64,000 nucleotides of DNA, taken from contig JANOAV010000204.1 in NCBI GenBank assembly GCA_031411295.1, positions 1 through 64,000 of the forward strand. The letters are read 5' to 3'. The stretch is from Verrucomicrobiales bacterium (GTDB lineage: Bacteria > Verrucomicrobiota > Verrucomicrobiia > Verrucomicrobiales > V1-33). Under the pieces are notes generated by a model. It saw nothing but the letters and a program-made list of their open reading frames with translations. It did no database searches and had not been told where the DNA came from. Of this stretch, positions 49,391-59,400 are shown piece by piece. The position numbers were made by a program, and so were the translations under genes. Positions within the stretch are counted from its first letter, which is position 1. Each line of letters starts with the position of its first letter.

Positions 49391-50176
49391 TCACCCCTCC
49401 ACCGCCAATCTGCGATAAGCTCCCGGGGCCATGCCTGTCAGGGATTTGAACTGGCGGCAGAAGGTGGGTTGGTCGCAGAAGCCGCAGTCCAGCGCGATGG
49501 TCGCGAGGCTGGCGCTGGGTTTCCGGAGCATGGCCGCAGCGGCTTCCACTCGTTGTCTAGTTAGGAGTTGTCGTGGGGAAACGTGCAGCACGCTTTGCAT
49601 CAGACGTTCCATGCGACTGATAGACAGCCCAGCCTCGGCAGCCAGCGAGGCGATGCGCAGTGGCTGTGCGTAGTCTTCACGAATGCGCTCCACCACTGCG
49701 GCCAATCGGCCCAGCTTGGGATCCCCACTGGCGGGCACGTGGAGGTTCCGGGAAATGCCGGCCAGCGCCACGATCTCGCCCTCTAGCGACCGCACGGGCG
49801 TCTTGTCGGTGCGATACCAGCCCAAGCTGCCGTCGCGATTGGTGATCGTTTCCAGGCGGTCATGAATGTCGTTTCCCGTGCGAAACACGGCTGCATCCTG
49901 TTGTTCATAACCGACGGCCAGCAGCGCTGGAAAGATCTGCTTGGCCGTGCGTCCCAGCACTTCGGCTTTGCTGCCCAAGCGGGTGAGCCGAAGGAAGGCC
50001 TGAATGCAGGAAAGGTATTGCCCGTGGCGATTCTTCACACAGGCGGCCAAGTCTTCCGTCTGTTCCAACAAGCGCTCCATCACGTCCAATCCCGGCACCT
50101 GGGAGAACAATTCCGCGCGCAGTTGCTCGACCGTGGATCGCGATGATGACGGGCGTATTTTGTGTTTTTTCGGCAT
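49391..50176 (-). CDS. AraC family regulator with PAS domain
   Basis: PAS-like N-terminus; C-terminal double HTH IALDCGFCDQPTFCRQFKSLTGMAPGAYR; divergent from putA. Confidence 0.9.
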   Translation of the reverse strand: MPKKHKIRPSSSRSTVEQLRAELFSQVPGLDVMERLLEQTEDLAACVKNRHGQYLSCIQAFLRLTRLGSKAEVLGRTAKQIFPALLAVGYEQQDAAVFRTGNDIHDRLETITNRDGSLGWYRTDKTPVRSLEGEIVALAGISRNLHVPASGDPKLGRLAAVVERIREDYAQPLRIASLAAEAGLSISRMERLMQSVLHVSPRQLLTRQRVEAAAAMLRKPSASLATIALDCGFCDQPTFCRQFKSLTGMAPGAYRRLAVEG

Positions 50177-50230
50177 GACTGTGAATGGGAATGCTAAAGA
50201 CGCTGAGCACGGAATACGGTAGATTGAGAC

Positions 50231-53200
50231 ATGACAGTTGCTCCATCCTCCTTCCTTGACACCTACGCCATTTCCTCAGTCGCGCCAAGCGCGAACGTCG
50301 AGGATGATGAGATTGTGGCGGAAACGATTGCGTTGGCGGAAACCTTACTCCAGCAGGCATTACAGGCGATGCGTCCAGAGGAGAAGGCTCAAGCGAAGCA
50401 AATGTCCGGCTTGATTGCCGATCCTGCCGCCAAAGGATTATCCATGGCCATGACGGATCGGCTAATCCGCAGTGCGAACCCAAAACGCACCGCCGATGGC
50501 TGGCGGCATCTTTTGTCCCGATTCGGCCTGCCCCGTGGATTCAGTTTCGTGGATCGGGCCATGCTCAAGGTGGGCGCCATGGCATCGCAAGTGTTGCCTG
50601 GCTTGGTGATGAGATCCGTGCGTCAGCGCCTGCGAAATGATAGCCGCGGCGTGATTCTTTCCGCTGAAGCAGGTCCGCTTAAATCCTACTTGACCAAGCG
50701 CCAACAAGACGGCGTGCGGACCAATGTGAATCTGCTGGGCGAGGCAGTGCTGGGTGAATCCGAAGCCAAACATCGTCTGGAAGCAGTCATCGCGTTGCTG
50801 TCACGCGCGGATGTAAACTATGTTTCCGTGAAACTTTCCGCCATTTTCAGTCAGATTTCCTCAGTGGCTTTCGATGCTTCCTTGGAGGAGGCCAAGGAAC
50901 GGCTGCGCAGGTTGTATCGGGCGGCATTGCCGGATGGGAAATTTGTAAATTTGGACATGGAGGAATATCGCGATCTGGCCTTAACGACGGCTGCATTCCG
51001 TGAGGTGTTGGAGGAAAATGAGTTCCAGCAAATGAAGGCTGGCATCGTGTTGCAAGCGTATCTGCCGGACTCCTGGTCAGCCCTGCAATCGCTGACCGAA
51101 TGGGCGTTGCAGCGCGTAAGCGCGGGTGGCAGCCCGATCAAAATTCGACTGGTGAAAGGAGCCAATTTAGCGATGGAAACGGTGGAAGCAGAGCTGCATG
51201 GCTGGCAGGCTGCACCATATCAATCGAAGGTGGAAACGGATGCCAACTTCCGTCGCATGTTGGAATTCGCCTGTCGCCCAGAGCATGTTTGCGCGGTGCG
51301 CGTAGGAGTCGCGAGTCACAATTTATTCGATGTCGCGCTGGCGCTTGTGCTGCGGCAGCGGCGGGAATTGGGTGCGGCCGTGGAGATAGAAATGCTGGAA
51401 GGCATGGCGAATCATCAAGCGCGGGCGGTGCGTGATGCAGCGGATGGATTGCTGGTGTATGCTCCGGTGGTGGCGGATCAGGACTTCGCAGCGGCTCTGG
51501 CGTATCTCATTCGTCGCTTGGACGAAAATACGTCGCCTGACAATTATCTCAGCGGCGTGTTCTCCTTCACGCCCGGCAGCCCGGCTTGGGAACAGGAAAA
51601 GCAACGTTTCCTCAATGGCTGGAAGTTGCGTCATGAGGTTAGCGATAAATCTCGTCGCTCCCAATCTTTGCCACAGGAGGCCGAGGATGATTTCCAAAAC
51701 GAGCCTGACACAGACTTCACCCAACCCGCCAATCGTGCTGCGTTGGATCGCACTCAGGATGGCCTTAAGTTGCCTGCGCGGCCAGCGAGTGCGGATTTAC
51801 CGGGAATTGATAACGTGTTAGCGATAGCTGCAACCGCTCAATCGGCGTGGGAAGCATTGAGTAATGCGGCGCGTGCCGTGGTCTTGCAACGGTGTGCGGC
51901 AGTGCTAGCAGCCCATCGTTTTGATATTCTGGATCTCCTGCGAACTGAAGGTAAGAAGGCGGTGGTGGATGCGGATGCGGAGATTTCCGAGGCCGTGGAT
52001 TTCGCGCGTTACTACGCAGTCACTGGCGATGTTCCCGCCGGGATGAAGGCCACGTCACTCGGCACGGTGGTCATTACGCCGCCGTGGAATTTCCCCTTCG
52101 CGATTCCTTGCGGCGGTGTGCTGGCGGCTTTGATGGCTGGCAATGCCGTGATCTTGAAACCCGCACCCGAAACGCCGGAACTCGGTTGGTTGCTCACGAA
52201 TCTCTTGTGGGAAGCGGGCGTGCCGCGTGAGGTCCTGCAATTTGTCACCTGCGATGATGGTGACACGGGTCGCGCGCTGATTTGTGATCCACGCACGGCT
52301 GCCGTGGTCCTAACAGGCGCTTACGAGACGGCTCGCAAGTTCCTTTCCTGGCGTCCGTCCTTGCGCCTGTTTGCTGAGACGAGCGGGAAGAATTCGCTCA
52401 TCATCAGCGCCACGGCGGATCGGGATTTGGCCGTGAAGGACTTGGCAAAATCTGCCTTCGGCCATGCCGGACAAAAATGTTCCGCAGCCAGTCTGGCTAT
52501 TTTGGAAGCAGAAGTCTATGATGATCCTGCGTTCCTGCGGCAATTGCAAGACGCTGCGGCCAGCCTGCACGTGGGATCAGCGAATGATCTCGCCAGTGTG
52601 GTGACGCCCTTGCTGCGGCCTGCGGAGGGAAATTTATTGCGTGCGCTAACGACGCTCGATGCTGGAGAAACGTGGCTGCTGGAGCCCAAGCAGTCGGCTG
52701 ACGATCCCTGCCTTTGGACTCCGGGCATTAAGCTCGGGGTGCAGCCGGGCTCGTGGTTCCAACAGACGGAATGTTTCGGTCCCGTGTTAGGATTGATGCG
52801 GGCGAGTGATCTTGCGGAAGCGCAACGTTTCCAGAACAGCGTGAGCTTCGGCCTCACGGCTGGCATCCATTCGTTGGACGAACGGGAAATTTCTGCGTGG
52901 CAGGAGCAAGCTGAAGCAGGGAATCTTTACATCAATCGACCCATCACCGGAGCCATCGTGCAGCGCCAACCTTTCGGCGGATGGAAGCGCAGTTGCATCG
53001 GGCCTGGCGCGAAAGCGGGTGGTCCTAACTACGTGAATCTTTTCCGAAACTTGACGGATGCAGCATCACTTGATGTTGAGGAACTGGAGCAAAACTACCA
53101 GCAAGCGTGGCAACAACATTTCGCCATCGCGCACGATCCCACCGACCTCCGCTGCGAACGCAACACCTTCCGCTACCGCCCCAGCCGAGGCGTCATCCTG

Positions 53201-53536
53201 CGCCTGCCAGCTCCAGACGCAGCCGTCGAGCACGCAGCAAAATTTGCCGCCAAACTCTGCAACATCCGCCTAAGCATCAGCTACGCTAGCGAAGAATCCG
53301 ATACCGCATTTGCCAAGCGCCTCCCACAGTTAGCCAAACAAGCCGAGTTCCTCCGCACCATTGCCACCCCAAGCGACGAAATCCTCCACGCCGCCTACGA
53401 AGCAGATCTCAACTGGATCCAAGCGCCCATCTCCATCCAAGGCCGCATCGAACTAACCCGCTGGCTGCGAGAACAATCCGTCAGTGAGACGAGGCATCGG
53501 TATGGGAATTTGATGGGGGAATTTGGAAAGCGGTAG
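50231..53536 (+). CDS. putA: Bifunctional proline dehydrogenase / glutamate-semialdehyde dehydrogenase
   Basis: NLLGE, DMEEY, IRLVKGAN, RRLDEN; ALDH motifs PWNFP, ETSGKN, GQKCSA, ECFGP, QPFGGWK. Confidence 0.96.
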   Translation: MTVAPSSFLDTYAISSVAPSANVEDDEIVAETIALAETLLQQALQAMRPEEKAQAKQMSGLIADPAAKGLSMAMTDRLIRSANPKRTADGWRHLLSRFGLPRGFSFVDRAMLKVGAMASQVLPGLVMRSVRQRLRNDSRGVILSAEAGPLKSYLTKRQQDGVRTNVNLLGEAVLGESEAKHRLEAVIALLSRADVNYVSVKLSAIFSQISSVAFDASLEEAKERLRRLYRAALPDGKFVNLDMEEYRDLALTTAAFREVLEENEFQQMKAGIVLQAYLPDSWSALQSLTEWALQRVSAGGSPIKIRLVKGANLAMETVEAELHGWQAAPYQSKVETDANFRRMLEFACRPEHVCAVRVGVASHNLFDVALALVLRQRRELGAAVEIEMLEGMANHQARAVRDAADGLLVYAPVVADQDFAAALAYLIRRLDENTSPDNYLSGVFSFTPGSPAWEQEKQRFLNGWKLRHEVSDKSRRSQSLPQEAEDDFQNEPDTDFTQPANRAALDRTQDGLKLPARPASADLPGIDNVLAIAATAQSAWEALSNAARAVVLQRCAAVLAAHRFDILDLLRTEGKKAVVDADAEISEAVDFARYYAVTGDVPAGMKATSLGTVVITPPWNFPFAIPCGGVLAALMAGNAVILKPAPETPELGWLLTNLLWEAGVPREVLQFVTCDDGDTGRALICDPRTAAVVLTGAYETARKFLSWRPSLRLFAETSGKNSLIISATADRDLAVKDLAKSAFGHAGQKCSAASLAILEAEVYDDPAFLRQLQDAAASLHVGSANDLASVVTPLLRPAEGNLLRALTTLDAGETWLLEPKQSADDPCLWTPGIKLGVQPGSWFQQTECFGPVLGLMRASDLAEAQRFQNSVSFGLTAGIHSLDEREISAWQEQAEAGNLYINRPITGAIVQRQPFGGWKRSCIGPGAKAGGPNYVNLFRNLTDAASLDVEELEQNYQQAWQQHFAIAHDPTDLRCERNTFRYRPSRGVILRLPAPDAAVEHAAKFAAKLCNIRLSISYASEESDTAFAKRLPQLAKQAEFLRTIATPSDEILHAAYEADLNWIQAPISIQGRIELTRWLREQSVSETRHRYGNLMGEFGKR

Positions 53537-53618
53537 CGGCTGAACGTCCTCGTGGCACAGAAGTTTAGGGTTTCACCTCCCGCTTGCAATGGGTGATTTG
53601 CTCATTACCTGAGTGAGG

Positions 53619-54164
53619 ATGAACACAGCCAGTAGTTTGAATCGAGAGCAATGGTTTGCCGTCCTGGGTAAGTTGGCGGATGCTTTGGGGACTGGCCCTG
53701 AGGTGCGCTTATGTTTGATTGGCTCTGCAGCTTGTCTTTTCGGAGGAATGGATGGTCGCACCTCCAGGGACTTGGATATTTGGACTCCGGCCAGCAACTA
53801 CGACCGTCGGGAGTTGCAATTGGCTGCCGAACAAGCGGGATTGTTGTTTGATCCGCGCTCAAGTTTGGAGCCGGATCAGCCTTATCTTCAGCTCGTAGAT
53901 CCCATGCCAACTGAATTGGGAGCATTTGAGCCCGTATTCTTCGAGCGACTGGGGCGGTTACGTCTTTATAGGCCGCCGATCGAGAACTTGATTGTGGCCA
54001 AGTTGATTCGTTGCGATGCTCGCGACCTTAGCGACGTGCGTTTTCTTTTGAACCGTTATCAGCCTGAGCTTGCGGAGGTTAATCGTTTGATTACCACCCT
54101 TTCCCATCGAAATCGCGAGATAGCTTTGGAAAACAGCATTTACCTAACCCTTCTAGAATCATGA
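53619..54164 (+). CDS. Nucleotidyltransferase (DUF6036-like)
   Basis: LIGSAA...RTSRDLD (GS + DxD); LIVAKLIR...RDLSD. Confidence 0.75.
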   Translation: MNTASSLNREQWFAVLGKLADALGTGPEVRLCLIGSAACLFGGMDGRTSRDLDIWTPASNYDRRELQLAAEQAGLLFDPRSSLEPDQPYLQLVDPMPTELGAFEPVFFERLGRLRLYRPPIENLIVAKLIRCDARDLSDVRFLLNRYQPELAEVNRLITTLSHRNREIALENSIYLTLLES

Positions 54165-54418
54165 ATGACCGGGAAAGAGAATTAGTGGCCCGACACCTGT
54201 TGGAACATCAGGAAGAAATAGACGTGTGCTTCAAAAACAAGGAGTGGGACAAGCTTGCGGCCTTGGTGCGCTATGCTGAGGCAGATGCTCCCAAAGCCCT
54301 GATCCATTCGGATCCAGCGCTCTATCGGCATTTAAGGGAGTGTATCACGACATTTTACCTGCGAGGCGGCGGGGCCTTTTCGTTGAAGAAGCTGGAGGCA
54401 ATGCAATCGGATTGCTAG
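54161..54418 (+). CDS. Small helical hypothetical protein coupled to the nucleotidyltransferase
   Basis: ATGA overlap with the upstream gene; 85 aa. Confidence 0.65.
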   Translation: MNDRERELVARHLLEHQEEIDVCFKNKEWDKLAALVRYAEADAPKALIHSDPALYRHLRECITTFYLRGGGAFSLKKLEAMQSDC

Positions 54419-54484
54419 CTGCTGAGACGAGTCGCTCTCCGCAACATATAGTTTTACTAAACAAGAGGTGTCCCAGTAGCTCAT
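54416..54484 (-). pseudogene. Truncated VapC/PIN toxin
   Basis: MSYWDTSCLVKLYVAESDS is a typical PIN N-terminus, 4 bp after the antitoxin stop; similarity ends where the convergent gene ends. Confidence 0.75.
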
Positions 54485-54488
54485 GAAT

Positions 54489-54773
54489 TTAACAGCGGTC
54501 AGCCCGGAGGTCATCGAGAATCTCGCTGGTGGATGGGCCACCAGAGGATTGTGCCCCCACTCCTGCGCGGGTATGGCGCAGGCGATTTAACCACTGCTGA
54601 CGATTTCCCTGCACTCGTGCGGTGGGCCCTAACGGCTGGTTGCCTTGGGAATCCCCGCGCAGTGAAATCATGAAATCGCTGAACAATTCACCCAAGCTCC
54701 GGTGTTGGCGTTCTGCCTCGGCCTGAGCCCATTGATAGAGGTCGTCTGGAAGGGGGATCGTAAGGTTTTTCAT
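54489..54773 (-). CDS. Ribbon-helix-helix antitoxin (VapB-like)
   Basis: MKNLTIPLPDDLY...AERQHRSLGEL; C-terminal STSEILDDLRADR. Confidence 0.75.
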   Translation of the reverse strand: MKNLTIPLPDDLYQWAQAEAERQHRSLGELFSDFMISLRGDSQGNQPLGPTARVQGNRQQWLNRLRHTRAGVGAQSSGGPSTSEILDDLRADRC

Positions 54774-54910
54774 AGCTAAATTTTCCGCGCCATCGGGCTG
54801 TTGGTCAACAACTTTCAATCACGCCGTGAATTGTCTCCCGATGTGACACGGTATGGTTCATCGGAGGATTACAAAGAACTCGGAGATCCCAGTTGAGCCA
54901 ACTACGGCTA

Positions 54911-56449
54911 TTAAGCCAGGAAGCCAACGTTTCTGGTGGCGAAGCGATTTAGGTTGGGGAAGACGATGTCGAGGGCGGCTTCGTCGAGGCCGAACCATCT
55001 GGCTAGGGTGGCGGAGTATTCGTCGGCACTGAGGGATGGGATCCATCTGCCGGTGGCGCTGGAGCCGGTGTCGTAGTCGGAGGGGCCGCCTAGGGCCAGG
55101 GTGGGATAGGTGCCGAAGACGCGGCCGCCTTGGACGGCTCCGCCGCAGACCATGTGGTGGCTGGCCCAGGCGTGATCGGAGCCGAGTCCGTTGCTCTTGA
55201 AGGTGCGGCCGAAATCGCTGGCGGTAAAGGAGGTCACTTTGTTGTCCACCGCCAGGGCGGCGGTGGCATCGTAGAATTTCTTCATGGCGTTGCTGGTGCT
55301 AGCTACGAGCCCCGAGTGGCTGACGGGTTGGTCGCCATGGGTGTCATGGCCGCCGAGTTGCACGAAGAAAATTTGCCGTCTCATGCCGAGGAAGTTTCGC
55401 TCTGCGATGATGCGGGCGACGCTGTGCAGCTGTTGTTCCAAGCTGTTGAGGTTGTTGTAAGTGACGGCTCCACCGATGCCGAAGGCGGTATCGATAGCCG
55501 TGCCGAAGGCTGCGTCCGCGCCACCGGTGGCTACCCGGGTGAGGGCGGTGGCGAGCGAGGCGCTGTTGAAGATCGAACGCTCGTTGACCTTTTGGAAATC
55601 CTTCAGGTGCAGGTTCGTGCGTTGGGCATTGAGCGTGGCATCGCCTCCATTGGAAACGTCCCGCAGAATTTGATTCATCAACGTTTGCCGCGAGCCGCTA
55701 TACTGAGCGAAGGACACGGCTCCGCTGGTGCTGACTTGGAATTGGCTAACATCATCGCCCACTTCCCAAGTGTTGCTGCCTGCGAGCGAGACGGAGAGGG
55801 AAATGGAGCCGCTGGGAACGCTTTGTTTGATCAGCTCTTCCTTCATTTTATCCACGGTGCGGCCACCCCATCCGGTGCGGGAAATTTGGTCTGGCACGGA
55901 GGTCTGCCACTGGGTGACTTGGTCATTGTGGGAGAACAACTGCGGCGGAAGCTTCACCTTCTTATCGCTGATCTTGGTCTTGGTGGCGGGTTCCACCAGG
56001 ACGCCCACGTTACTTACGACGGCCAGTTTCCCAGCATTAAACAAGCTCTGCACCCCAGTCATCGTATTGTGCACCGCATAGGTATCGCTGCCGGTGTTGG
56101 CGTTGCTGAGCGGGATGGCCCAGTAGTTATTTGGATTGGCCGCACCATCAATGAGGGGACGGGCGGCGGCAGCGGCCTGACTTTCCCAGAGCGCCAGACG
56201 TGGGCCACGGATATTCTTGTAGTCAGTGTAGCGGGGGTCTGCGGGGGCTGGCAGAATCGTGTTATTACAATCGTTTCCTCCGGCTAGGAAAACACAGACG
56301 AGCGCCTTGTAGTCACCCACGTTCACTGCGCCCATGGCGCTGTTCATGAGCCGTAGATCGAACAACGTGCTGGCTACGCCCGTGCCGAACGCCGCTCCAG
56401 TGGCGCGACGGAGGAAGCTGCGGCGGGAAATTATTTCGCGGTTAGTCAT
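54911..56449 (-). CDS. Tat-exported DUF1501 protein
   Basis: SRRSFLR; KALVCVFLAGGND, LFSHNDQ, GGHDTH, SDFGRT, GSDHAW. Confidence 0.92.
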   Translation of the reverse strand: MTNREIISRRSFLRRATGAAFGTGVASTLFDLRLMNSAMGAVNVGDYKALVCVFLAGGNDCNNTILPAPADPRYTDYKNIRGPRLALWESQAAAAARPLIDGAANPNNYWAIPLSNANTGSDTYAVHNTMTGVQSLFNAGKLAVVSNVGVLVEPATKTKISDKKVKLPPQLFSHNDQVTQWQTSVPDQISRTGWGGRTVDKMKEELIKQSVPSGSISLSVSLAGSNTWEVGDDVSQFQVSTSGAVSFAQYSGSRQTLMNQILRDVSNGGDATLNAQRTNLHLKDFQKVNERSIFNSASLATALTRVATGGADAAFGTAIDTAFGIGGAVTYNNLNSLEQQLHSVARIIAERNFLGMRRQIFFVQLGGHDTHGDQPVSHSGLVASTSNAMKKFYDATAALAVDNKVTSFTASDFGRTFKSNGLGSDHAWASHHMVCGGAVQGGRVFGTYPTLALGGPSDYDTGSSATGRWIPSLSADEYSATLARWFGLDEAALDIVFPNLNRFATRNVGFLA

Positions 56450-56491
56450 AGTGCTGGAAATGTTTTATAAGTTGATAGGGGGCGCGGCAGC

Positions 56492-59400
56492 TTAGTTCTG
56501 ATGGGCAAATTCCGGGCTGAGGGAGAGGAGATAGAGTGCCTCCGAGACCCGATTCAGGCGGTCCGGAGTGATGAGGTTTCCGGCGGCGGTGCCATTGCGT
56601 GTGGCCTTGAGATCCAGATCGAAATAGATGTCTGAGGAGGTCACGCTGGTTTGGTGGACTTCGACGGTGATGACGTTGCGACCATTTATTAGCAAGTTTG
56701 TGGCAATCGGGGTTTCGAAGAAGGCAGCGCCATCATCGCCCGCAGTGGTGGCGACGGTGGTTCCTGTGACGGTGGTTCCTGCGGTGAAATTATCCCGCCG
56801 TGCTTCCTTGCCGTTGATATAAACGATGGCTCCGTCATCCCGCTTCAAGCGCAGGGCCAGCGAGGCAATGTTAGCCGCATCGGTGACGGTGAATTCCTTC
56901 CGGTAGTAAGAGGAAATCCATTTATTGGTGAGCACGCCGCCATAAGGAATGATGGTGGAGAGGCCAGTGTTCGTGGTTACGCCGGCAGCGTCCACTTTGT
57001 AACCGAAGACCGCAGTGCTGGAGGTCCAACTGGTGTCCACGAAGTCGGGGTGCTTCCAGTTGCTGGTGTTATAGGAGCCATTGCCAACCACAATGTTGCT
57101 GGCACCGAGGCCGGTGGCATCGGTGAAATATTTCCAAGAGGAATTTGACGGCACCAATGTTTCCGGGAGCGAATTCAAATAGTTGGCTAGCAACGTGCGC
57201 AGCTGCGGGGTGACTTGATTTGGCAGCAGCAGCGTGCCGAGATAATCCACGAGAGCACCGCCATCACTGGCGACGGTTTGGGCGACGGTTAGGTCCAGTT
57301 TTACATCCTTCTTGATGGTGCTGCCGTAATCGTATCCCTGACCATTGGAGAGAGGGGTTGTGCTGTCGGCTGGATTGAGGCGGGTGAGTTCAGACATCCA
57401 GTTGGCAGTGGTGGCTACGCTGGTTTCGTTGGTGATTTGGAACTCTGGGCTGTAGAGGCCGTTACCGCCAGTATCACCAGCGAATACGAAGTCAGGTTCG
57501 TAGAAATTAAACACGGTGGAGGCGCGCAGTGGTGTTTGTTGCAGGCTGCCACCGCCCGTGGAGCCGATGTTCCATGCCTGTTTCCCGCCGGTGGTAGCGG
57601 AGCTGTCGATAAATGCTACCGGGCTGACCCCCACTGTGGTGACGGCATTCGTCTGTTCGAAGGTTTTATTGGAATAGGCCAGCGTGGTTGGATCTCGATA
57701 GGCGGCCACGGTCACCCGGGCTCCGTTAAATTCAGCAGGTGCATCCATTTTGCTCCAACGGGTTAGCGGTGCGCCCACGGTGGCCATGACATAGACGCCG
57801 TTTTCAACTGCGTTGGTTTGATTCCGCAACAGGATCAAGCAGCCATTGGACAGCGGAATGCCTTCGATGCTGGGATATTGCGAGGTTGGGATGCCCGTGG
57901 CCAGATTGGCAATATCCGTGCTGTAGGTTGCCACGGATGCGGTGGAGGCCGTCAACGTCAGGGCGACACCGGGGCCGTTGAAGACGTAGTAGCCATTGTC
58001 TGTGGCGGGAGATTGATTTGTTAGCCGAACAATGTCCCCTGAGTATAACGCTCGATTTCCCACCCGGGTATAGGTGTTGTTTGGCAGTGGTTGAGTGACA
58101 TCGATATTAGTGTTAGGGCTGACGGAGACCATGCCTCGGAAATTTACCGAACCGTAATTTGTTTCCCCATAGCTGAAGCCTTTGAGGGCGCGAAGGATCT
58201 GGGTGCCACGCACGACTGGTTCCTTGATGTGTCCGAAACCTGCCAGCGTCCGCGGAGCTTGGTTACGGGCTTCCGAGTCTAGCAGGATGGCCTTGGCCAC
58301 GGCTGCGAGGTCCCCCCGCACACCAGAACCATTGTCCGCAAAGACCTTGGCGACACGATAAACATACGCCGGGCTGGGATTGGCCGTGACCATGCGCTGG
58401 ATCAACTGGCGGCAAACGAATGGGCCCGTGTTAGGATGGTGGAAGATGACATCGTGGGCAATTTTCAATTCCGTATCCGCCTGCGTAGCAGTCTGACTTC
58501 CCCCGCTTACGACTGCGGGGATGACGGTGTTCTCCAGAATTTGCTTCTCGGTGAAATCGTGGTTGCTGGCGGTGTTGACGCGCATCGGGGTCACGTAATC
58601 GCTGCCATTGCCAGGGAAATTCCAACCTGTGAAAACATGAGCCAGTCCCACGACTTCCGGTTGCTCATAAGTGTTAGCGGGAAGCCCTGCTCCATCCAGC
58701 ACCATGGTGCCATCTGGATGCAAGCGACGCAGGCCGATGGAAAACAATTGCATGATTTCCCGGGCGTAGTTTTCGTTCGGAATGTATCCGGTGGCCAGGT
58801 TAGGCTTCAGGTTGCCAAGCATATCCAGATAGCGGCCCATGGCAGGGTTGAGGGTCACGTGTTCCAGCAGATCTCGGAAATTTCCCAAGGCATAATAATG
58901 CAGCAAATCATTGTAATGCACTATCGTGCGCGACATTGACTGGAGTTCACCATCCTCTGAGACAACCATGATCTGGCTCAAGGCGTAAGCCACGCGCCAG
59001 CGCAATTGGTCATCAGCCTTGACGGCTGTTTTCCACCAGGCACGCCAGATTTCATCGGCGCTTTCATATTCTGATCCCACGTTTGATACATTTGATAGGG
59101 GGAATTTTTCATAATGGTTCATGACAATGGCGGCCATGGGCCCAGAACCATTATAACCCGTGGAGGTGCCGGATGGGATCAGGGTGGGCACCTGCACGGA
59201 GGGGTCCACATATTCGATGCGCGGCACCAACGTCTGTGGAATCACCACTTCAGGATTCGGCCCCGGGCTGAGGGCAATTTGCGCATCCAACCAGCCGGCA
59301 TAGCCCAGCGCTTCGACGGCCTGAATGCTGTCTGAATCCCATGGACTGACGCCATCGCTGTCATCGCGCGCGCCGAAGGTGGATTGCTGGAGGAACCGCA

